From IMG/VR virus record IMGVR_UViG_3300008117_000001: 64,000 nt of DNA. One strand, written 5' to 3'. Shown one piece after another: positions 57,926 through 64,000 of the stretch. The notes beneath the pieces are model-generated. The model saw nothing but the letters and a program-made list of their open reading frames with translations, was not told the origin of the DNA and made no database searches. The DNA is from a virus. Within the stretch, counting starts at the first letter, position 1. The number at the start of each line of letters is the position of its first letter. The position numbers were made by a program, and so were the translations under genes.

Positions 57926-59179
57926 ATGGCAGATATATTAAAGACTAAAAAAAGAGATTACAAATATAATGGTCCTGTAGATAGTTCCGATTATAACGCA
58001 AGAATAGAGGAAAATTATCAGGATCTAGTTTATCTTTATAATCGGGCAAATATCATAGATGCCAAGTTGGCTACGGCTTTTGAAAGAGTTTTAAAAGATC
58101 ATGTATTCCTAGCTAATGCAATACAGGACTTAAGTGATAGAGTAACAGCTTTAGAGTCTGCTTCGAATGTATTGTCAATATATTCTTTCTCGCAGCTTGA
58201 CTACGCCAATTTTGTTGGCACAAGTTTTGCTGTTTCTGGAACAGAGCTATTAAGTTTTGATCCAATTTATAATATTGTAACTTTGCCAAAGGTTTCAAGC
58301 GGTTCATTCTCTAAGCTAAAATTTGGCCAATCAGGAGTAGGTCAAATAGTGCCTGATTATTTTAAGACTAGAATCGACATATCCTATGCTGGAGTTGACA
58401 CTTCTGGGGCAGTTATAGACAGTACTCCAATATACAATTGCATACTGGATGCTCCAGATAAGGTTTGGAGAAGAACGGTGGTTTCAGACACCAACCCAAC
58501 AACTGGGGCACAGCTAATGCTGTATGTTCAAATACCCAACGATGCGGTAGGTATATTAAAGTCTAATGTCATAAAACTAAATCCTTTCCCATCTTTTGGC
58601 TGCGAAATATATTCAATTGAATATACAACGGTAGATAATCCATCTTTGTCATCTTCAGATACTTGGATACCCCTAAATAAGAATAGCTTCTATGATTCCG
58701 TACCCTCTGCAATAGGCAAGGTTGCTCCTGGTGGATGGTCAGTCCTTGGTTCTGATTCTATAAAAAACTCTGGTCCCCTCTGCTTCCAGTTTCCAGAGGC
58801 AAACATAACCGCCATAAGAGTAAAGATGCATCAAAAGAATTATTTAACAGAGACATCAAAATATGTATATACATATGGTTTGTCTGATCTTGATGTGAAG
58901 TATGAAAAGTATCTACAGACTGGAAAAATGATTATAAAGTATTCTGCCCCAGCTGGCGAGGTAATAGAAGAAGTGACAAATGTCTCACCAAAAATATATA
59001 ACGTAGCAGAAAGCCAATTGGACGAAGCGTTTAGTTATAGGATTATATATGACGACGCCGGCACTTATAGCCTAACTAATCCGGGTGCAAATAATCATGT
59101 TTGGATAGAGGTAACTCTTAATCAGCTAGATGACAAGACTGCCCCGGTTCTTTCTGATTTAATCATTGAATATATCTAA
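57926..59179 (+). CDS. Peripheral baseplate protein, paralog E (about 417 aa)
   Basis: GPVDSSDYNARIEENYQDLVYLY, LSFDPIYNIVTLP, NCILDAPDKVWRR, C-terminal HVWIEVTLNQ...TAPVLSDLIIEY. ATG 57926 preferred over GTG 57917. Confidence 0.55.
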   Translation: MADILKTKKRDYKYNGPVDSSDYNARIEENYQDLVYLYNRANIIDAKLATAFERVLKDHVFLANAIQDLSDRVTALESASNVLSIYSFSQLDYANFVGTSFAVSGTELLSFDPIYNIVTLPKVSSGSFSKLKFGQSGVGQIVPDYFKTRIDISYAGVDTSGAVIDSTPIYNCILDAPDKVWRRTVVSDTNPTTGAQLMLYVQIPNDAVGILKSNVIKLNPFPSFGCEIYSIEYTTVDNPSLSSSDTWIPLNKNSFYDSVPSAIGKVAPGGWSVLGSDSIKNSGPLCFQFPEANITAIRVKMHQKNYLTETSKYVYTYGLSDLDVKYEKYLQTGKMIIKYSAPAGEVIEEVTNVSPKIYNVAESQLDEAFSYRIIYDDAGTYSLTNPGANNHVWIEVTLNQLDDKTAPVLSDLIIEYI

Positions 59180-59186
59180 CTTAAAA

Positions 59187-59195
59187 TTACTATAA
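59187..59195 (+). promoter_or_regulatory. Second copy of candidate late-promoter motif TTACTATAA
   Basis: In the 46-nt gap before the 210-aa gene (AAGGAG RBS); identical to 6627-6635. Confidence 0.45.
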
Positions 59196-59225
59196 GTATA
59201 CGGATTTCTGACAAGGAGAAAATAA

Positions 59226-59858
59226 ATGGCTACTTTTTATGTAGGACCTAGACCAGTTTTAAAGGGTAGATCATCGTCCGAGATGGTAAACCCATACACT
59301 ACAATGACTGGAAAGTCTAAGGGTACTGGAACATATTCTTTCTACCCACTTTATAGCACTAGTCACGTTTTAGACGGTGCCCCTGACAATCATTTTGCAC
59401 CTGGAACAGGTCAGTTCCCAGGTAATAGATTCTTGTCACAGGTGTTTAACGGAACATCACTTTATATCCACCCTCTATCTGGCACCTTCCCAGATGGCAC
59501 TGGAACATACGATGGCGCAAGATTCCGACCTCTAGAATATAAGGGTCTTGCTGGCGCTCAGGCCTTCCCTTCTGATTATGGTCACGCCGGAACAAGAGTT
59601 AGAGAATATTCTCTTTACAATAATTACATCTTTGACGGCGTAACATCTGCTAATATATTTGCTGACACTGGCCATGGACCAAGAACTGAAGCCGGAGGTG
59701 CTCCGGCATCGTTTGGCTTGTTCAAGCCAAGTGAGTTCCAGGGTGTAACAAGCTCTGTTATATTCACTTCTGGTTATGGTCAAGCTAATACAACTGGAGA
59801 CTATGGTCGTGAAAAAGTTCAAGAGTGGTATGGGGTCCCTTCGGCTCAAGCTCTCTGA
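59226..59858 (+). CDS. Gly/aromatic-rich hypothetical protein, probably virion-associated (210 aa)
   Basis: Strong AAGGAG RBS with candidate promoter upstream; no Cys, no hydrophobic helix; GTGTY occurs twice. Confidence 0.6.
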   Translation: MATFYVGPRPVLKGRSSSEMVNPYTTMTGKSKGTGTYSFYPLYSTSHVLDGAPDNHFAPGTGQFPGNRFLSQVFNGTSLYIHPLSGTFPDGTGTYDGARFRPLEYKGLAGAQAFPSDYGHAGTRVREYSLYNNYIFDGVTSANIFADTGHGPRTEAGGAPASFGLFKPSEFQGVTSSVIFTSGYGQANTTGDYGREKVQEWYGVPSAQAL

Positions 59859-59874
59859 TGCTATAAGTTCCCCT

Positions 59875-60108
59875 TTGATTCTTGAAAAAGAAGAAAGAAA
59901 AAGTGGTACAATCGCTTGGGGAGGATTAGTATTAGGAATTATAGCGTATGACATATACGCTATAAAGTCCAAAAAGATTGAGACCTTAACTAGATCTTTT
60001 TGGAGATTAACTGAAAAACCATTAACAGGAATAATACCAGTAGGAGCGTGGTTAGGTTTAACTTTTCATCTTCTTATAGAGAAGTTGGTTCGAAAAAAGT
60101 ATTCTTAA
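59875..60108 (+). CDS. Small membrane protein (start uncertain)
   Basis: Two hydrophobic segments IAWGGLVLGIIAYDIYAI and IIPVGAWLGLTFHLLI. The track start 59776 overlaps the upstream gene; TTG 59875 is a guess. Resembles small membrane proteins of actinobacteriophages (from memory, unverified). Confidence 0.55.
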   Translation: MILEKEERKSGTIAWGGLVLGIIAYDIYAIKSKKIETLTRSFWRLTEKPLTGIIPVGAWLGLTFHLLIEKLVRKKYS

Positions 60109-60120
60109 CAAAGGAGTTGT

Positions 60121-60321
60121 ATGACTAAATTATATAAAGATATTATTGAAAGAGCAGTTTGGACAGCAGTTCAGGCTTTTGTAGCTGTTTATACAGTTGG
60201 TGGTGTTGATGAGCTTAAGTCTGCTGCAACAGCTGCTGTTGCTGCTGGCATAAGCGTAATTAAAGGTTTTGCCGCCACAAAGATTGGTGACGCAGAAAGT
60301 GCAGCAACTTTGAAAGGCTGA
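60121..60321 (+). CDS. Holin (r1t-like)
   Basis: AAGGAG RBS; 66 aa; KDIIERAVWTAVQAFVAV...SAATAAVAAGISVIKGFAA matches the ERA..T..Q pattern of r1t-like/actinophage holins with two TM helices. Confidence 0.75.
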   Translation: MTKLYKDIIERAVWTAVQAFVAVYTVGGVDELKSAATAAVAAGISVIKGFAATKIGDAESAATLKG

Positions 60322-60347
60322 TTTAGCATTACATAACGGCTATGGCG

Positions 60348-60356
60348 TGATATAAT
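60348..60356 (+). promoter_or_regulatory. Extended -10-like element (TGnTATAAT)
   Basis: TGATATAAT with TTACAT 16 nt upstream (60329-60334), in the gap between the structural and DNA-metabolism modules. Confidence 0.45.
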
Positions 60357-60377
60357 ATATCCGTCAGAAAGCCGATA

Positions 60378-60418
60378 GAGCAACGGCCCCGTCTGAAATC
60401 GACGGGGCTGTCTCTTTA
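60378..60418 (+). terminator. Rho-independent terminator-like hairpin
   Basis: ACGGCCCCGTC (60383-60393) / GACGGGGCTGT (60401-60411), 7-nt loop, extendable by GAG/CTC, followed by TTTAT. Confidence 0.7.
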
Positions 60419-60473
60419 TACTGGCAAATATATATGTTTAAACCAATTTATGTGAGCTTATTTAGGATTGAGG

Positions 60474-61181
60474 ATGTCTATACAAGAAGTTCAGGAAGCA
60501 ATTACAAACAAGACACTGCCATTATCTGTTGCAGAAAAATATCTAAGACTATATGTTGCTGACGTTAGTTGGGAGCAGCCAATCAAGACTTTATGGACAA
60601 ATTCTGTCAACAAACTTCGTAACGAAGATTTGGCTAAGGAGCATGTCAAAAAGGCAATCAGCTGTGCAACGATTTTGCCCTTTGTGGAAAAAACTGCAAT
60701 ACCAGATCCTCCTACCAACCTATTGTTCTGGTGCACTGGATGGGCACAATTTAACAAGCATGATTGGTTTTCCATGTATCTTGATATATTAGAGGAAGAC
60801 TTAAAAGTTGTACTTCTTAGAAATCAAGCAATTGAAGTTGGCATTATAGACCCCATAGATATTTCTCCGATAACAAGACAGGCTTACAATTGGCTATATC
60901 AAAAGGCCGAAGAAAATGAAAATTGCTCAAACATTGATATGAGTGCGCTAAAGGTAAAGTTATCAAATCTAGTCAAAGCTTATGGTGGAGCAGTCATTTG
61001 CAATATATTTATTAACCATAAGTCAAATGTAGATAAAGTATTCAACTGGAGAAGTGGATACTTTTTTGAAAAACAAATACATAAGGTTTATTCAATAGAC
61101 CAAATAAAGAAAATAAAATTAGCAGAATTAAATAAAACAAACAGTCAATATATTAAAAAGGTAGGAGTACAAAATGTCTGA
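60474..61181 (+). CDS. Hypothetical protein (about 235 aa)
   Basis: ATG 60474 after AGGATTGAGG; overlaps the nrdJ start by 8 nt, suggesting translational coupling. No family recognised. Confidence 0.6.
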   Translation: MSIQEVQEAITNKTLPLSVAEKYLRLYVADVSWEQPIKTLWTNSVNKLRNEDLAKEHVKKAISCATILPFVEKTAIPDPPTNLLFWCTGWAQFNKHDWFSMYLDILEEDLKVVLLRNQAIEVGIIDPIDISPITRQAYNWLYQKAEENENCSNIDMSALKVKLSNLVKAYGGAVICNIFINHKSNVDKVFNWRSGYFFEKQIHKVYSIDQIKKIKLAELNKTNSQYIKKVGVQNV

Positions 61182-63231
61182 GGGTTCATCAATGTTTACT
61201 TTTCGTTTAAGTGATGATTTTGTGGAAGCGTATAAGAAATTAAAAGCACCATTTGGCTATACGGACGCTGCGGGTAATTCTGTTGGCGAAATTACGTTTC
61301 TAAGAACATATTCAAGAATGAAAGAAGATGGCACAAAAGAAACATGGGTAGATGTATGTGAAAGAGTTATTAATGGGATGTACTCCCTACAAAAGGAGCA
61401 TTGCAAGAAGAATAGACTTCCGTGGAATGACATTAAGGCTCAGTCTTCTGCAAAAGAGGCTTTTGATAGATTGTTCAATTTAAAGTGGACACCGCCAGGT
61501 AGAGGACTATGGGTCATGGGCACACCTATTGTTATGGTACAAAAGAACTCCGCTGCTTTACAGAACTGCGCTTTTGTGAGTACATCAGAAATGACCAAGT
61601 TAAATCCCGCTAAGCCGTTTGGATTTTTGATGGAGGCATCTATGTTGGGCGTTGGCGTGGGATTTGATGATAAGGGCGCAGATAAAGATTTCAACATATA
61701 TGAACCAACCAAATCGATGGTTATTGACACAATTGAGGACTCTCGTGAAGGATGGGTTAATTCTGTAGTTTCCTTGATTAACTCTTATTTAAAGCCAGAT
61801 CAAAACCTTTTGCAGTTTGACTACTCCTTGATTAGACCATCCGGTACTCCAATTAAAACATTTGGTGGTACAGCAGCTGGCCCAGATCCATTGATCAAAC
61901 TGCATAATCATATTAGAAGAATGTTTGATGGAAGAGCTGGACAAAAACTAACTAGAGTAGACATAGCTGACATTGGTAACACCATAGGTGTTTGTGTTGT
62001 ATCCGGTAATGTTCGCAGATCCGCCGAACTTTTAATTGGTCGTTTAGATGATCAAGACTTCCTTAATTTAAAAAATTCTGATAAGTTTCCAGAAAGAAAC
62101 TCTTACTCCGCCGAATCTCCAGGCTGGGGCTGGATGTCAAATAATTCCGTAGAAACATCTGTTGGTACAGATTTGTCTTCAATTGTTGACGGTATATCTA
62201 GAAATGGAGAACCTGGTGTCATATGGATGGACATGTCAAGAAAGTATGGCCGATTGGCTGATCCGCCAAATAATAAAGACCATCGTGTAGCAGGCTATAA
62301 TCCATGCGCAGAGCAGTCCCTAGAGTCCTACGAGTGTTGTACGCTAGTTGAGACATATCTAAATAGACATGACTCCTTAGAAGACTTTAAGAGAACACTG
62401 AAGTTTGCCTATCTGTATGCAAAGACTGTTACCTTGCTCCCAACTCACTGGGAGGAAACAAACGCTATCATGCAAAGAAATCGCAGAATTGGCACATCTG
62501 TTTCGGGTGTCGCTAACTTTGCTGACAGATTAGGTTTGCCAGTACTAAGAGAGTGGCTTGACAATGGGTACCAGACCGTTCAGAGATATGACAATATTTA
62601 TTCAGAATGGCTTGGTATACGTGAATCAATCAAGACCACAACAGTTAAGCCATCTGGCACTGTATCTATTTTAGCTGGCGAATCTCCTGGCGTACACTGG
62701 ACTCCTGGTGGCAAATACTTTTTGAGAGCAATAAGATTTGCAAATGACGACCCCATGCTTCCACTGTTCCAAATGGCTAATTATAGAGTGGAACCTGCAT
62801 CTGAGTCTCCAGATACTACTTCTGTTGTATTCTTCCCTATCAAGTCTGATGCACGTAGATCAGAAAAAGATGTAACAATATTTGAAAAAATGTCTTTGGC
62901 TGCAACAGCACAAAGATATTGGTCGGATAACTCTGTTTCTGTAACTATATCTTTTGACTCTGAGGAAGAAAAGCATCATGTGGGTACCGTTTTGCATATG
63001 TATGACGGTCAGCTCAAAACCGTATCATTCTTGCCTCAAGGCAACTTTGTATATCCACAAATGCCATATACTCAAATAGAGCAAAATGACTATGATGAGT
63101 CATCAAAAAATCTATTACCAATTGATTTAGATGGAATTTATGCTGGACTTGCAGCAGATGCGATAGGCGAACAGTATTGTACAACAGATTCTTGCGAGAT
63201 TAAATTTATAAAAGATAACGCAAAGGTGTAA
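61174..63231 (+). CDS. nrdJ: Adenosylcobalamin-dependent ribonucleotide reductase (class II, monomeric RTPR type)
   Basis: KWTPPGRGLW, ALQNCAF, GYNPCAEQ (thiyl Cys378), ECCTLVE, TTVKPSGTVS and C-terminal YCTTDSC redox pair; no intein visible. Confidence 0.95.
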   Translation: MSEGSSMFTFRLSDDFVEAYKKLKAPFGYTDAAGNSVGEITFLRTYSRMKEDGTKETWVDVCERVINGMYSLQKEHCKKNRLPWNDIKAQSSAKEAFDRLFNLKWTPPGRGLWVMGTPIVMVQKNSAALQNCAFVSTSEMTKLNPAKPFGFLMEASMLGVGVGFDDKGADKDFNIYEPTKSMVIDTIEDSREGWVNSVVSLINSYLKPDQNLLQFDYSLIRPSGTPIKTFGGTAAGPDPLIKLHNHIRRMFDGRAGQKLTRVDIADIGNTIGVCVVSGNVRRSAELLIGRLDDQDFLNLKNSDKFPERNSYSAESPGWGWMSNNSVETSVGTDLSSIVDGISRNGEPGVIWMDMSRKYGRLADPPNNKDHRVAGYNPCAEQSLESYECCTLVETYLNRHDSLEDFKRTLKFAYLYAKTVTLLPTHWEETNAIMQRNRRIGTSVSGVANFADRLGLPVLREWLDNGYQTVQRYDNIYSEWLGIRESIKTTTVKPSGTVSILAGESPGVHWTPGGKYFLRAIRFANDDPMLPLFQMANYRVEPASESPDTTSVVFFPIKSDARRSEKDVTIFEKMSLAATAQRYWSDNSVSVTISFDSEEEKHHVGTVLHMYDGQLKTVSFLPQGNFVYPQMPYTQIEQNDYDESSKNLLPIDLDGIYAGLAADAIGEQYCTTDSCEIKFIKDNAKV

Positions 63232-63232
63232 C

Positions 63233-63580
63233 ATGTCAGAAGATCCTGATTTTGAAAAAAAGTTTTCTGAAATAATTAATTCAGAAGAGTTAAAAGATTT
63301 TTCAGAAACATATTCTAAAGATAGCCCACTAACTGTCAAGGATTTGCTTTTAATGCAGAGATCTTTAATCGATGCCTTAAGCAATATTGCTGAAATAATT
63401 GAAGACTTAAACAATGGTGAGCTAGATTTTGCACAGCCTGGTAGTGAAGAGTTTGAAAAATTGGGTTTGTTGTATAGAATGTCTGAAGACTTTAATGATT
63501 CTATAAGTGAAAATTTTGTTATTTTTACAATCGAAGATGATGAAGATGATGATGAGGATTTTGAAAATGGAGAAAACTAA
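63233..63580 (+). CDS. Small acidic hypothetical protein (115 aa)
   Basis: Starts 1 nt after the nrdJ stop; very E/D-rich with C-terminal EDDEDDDEDFE; overlaps the thyX start. Confidence 0.55.
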   Translation: MSEDPDFEKKFSEIINSEELKDFSETYSKDSPLTVKDLLLMQRSLIDALSNIAEIIEDLNNGELDFAQPGSEEFEKLGLLYRMSEDFNDSISENFVIFTIEDDEDDDEDFENGEN

Positions 63581-64000
63581 TAATTTGATTGAAGTACTAG
63601 ACAAGGGTTATGTTAGACTTGTCGACGTTATGGGCTCAGACCTTTCAATAGTTAATGCCGCTAGAGCATCGTTTGCGAAAGAATCAACAGAAATGTCGGT
63701 ATCTGATGCACGACTGCTGCATTTCCTTGCTAGAGAAAATCACATGTCACCCTTTAGACATGCGTTTGCAACGTTTGAATTCAAGGCTCCCTTAATGGTT
63801 GCTCGTCAGCACTGGAAGTATGTTGTGGGATCTGATCACACAATGGATTCGTGGAATGAGTCAAGTAGACGTTATATCACTATGGATCCAGAATTTCATA
63901 TTCCCTCAAAGGATGACTGGAGATTGGCCCCAGACAATAAAAAGCAGGGGTCCGGTGGCCCAGTTGATCCTTGGACTGGAGCAATTCTGTCTCAGCAACT
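63567..64000 (+). CDS. thyX: FAD-dependent thymidylate synthase (3'-truncated by the window; absent from the ORF track)
   Basis: ATG 63567 after GAGGA; MEKTNNLIEVLDKGYVRLVDVMGSDLSIVNAARASF...HMSPFRHA...FKAPLMVARQHWKY...SWNESSRRY, the ThyX signature. Confidence 0.93.
   Translation, partial: MEKTNNLIEVLDKGYVRLVDVMGSDLSIVNAARASFAKESTEMSVSDARLLHFLARENHMSPFRHAFATFEFKAPLMVARQHWKYVVGSDHTMDSWNESSRRYITMDPEFHIPSKDDWRLAPDNKKQGSGGPVDPWTGAILSQQ

Noticed and set aside
60388-60398. Resemblance of CCCGTCTGAAA to the Neisseria DNA uptake sequence GCCGTCTGAA
   Set aside because: One mismatch, single occurrence, part of a terminator stem; no enrichment seen in the window.
339-63604. The many short minus-strand and alternative-frame ORFs in the track (e.g. 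2098-2331, 11239-11595, 13172-13540, 35209-35664, 59532-59972)
   Set aside because: All lie within long plus-strand genes with coherent domain content; they have no recognisable motifs or RBS and look like shadow ORFs.
1-64000. Stop-codon reassignment, CRISPR array, tRNA genes, inteins, integrase or transposase
   Set aside because: Standard-code ORFs tile the window with short gaps and TAA, TAG and TGA all end genes; no repeat-spacer array, cloverleaf, intein splice motif or recombinase motif was seen.

Overview
Single-stranded (all + strand), densely coding 64 kb segment of a large, AT-rich tailed phage genome with a contractile (myovirus-type) tail. Gene order: tail-fibre/appendage genes, neck proteins, a sheath-like paralog, tail terminator, major sheath, three tube-family paralogs, two chaperone paralogs, a 2231-aa tape-measure-like protein, a 1694-aa protein, a 3706-aa baseplate-hub fusion, a tail lysin (M15-type peptidase plus lytic transglycosylase), split spike, gp25-like, baseplate J, large wedge and peripheral baseplate proteins, a holin, then nucleotide metabolism (class II ribonucleotide reductase nrdJ and a truncated thyX). 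Main observations: (1) the 1694-aa protein inside the tail module carries, in the expected order, motifs of a single-subunit two-barrel (QDE-1/YonO-like) RNA polymerase, but with a non-canonical catalytic loop (GGFDLDDK), a displaced R-x-P and a C-terminal hydrophobic helix, so it is a candidate injected virion RNA polymerase; (2) the giant hub ends in a hydrophobic hairpin plus a staphylococcal-nuclease-like domain; (3) the tripeptide Ala-Thr-Pro occurs 15 times in one baseplate wedge protein and 6 more times in outer neck/sheath/baseplate proteins but never in about 7600 aa of tail-core proteins, suggesting a modification or docking sequon. All calls come from reading motifs by eye; no database search was run. 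An actinobacterial or other Gram-positive host is an inference only.
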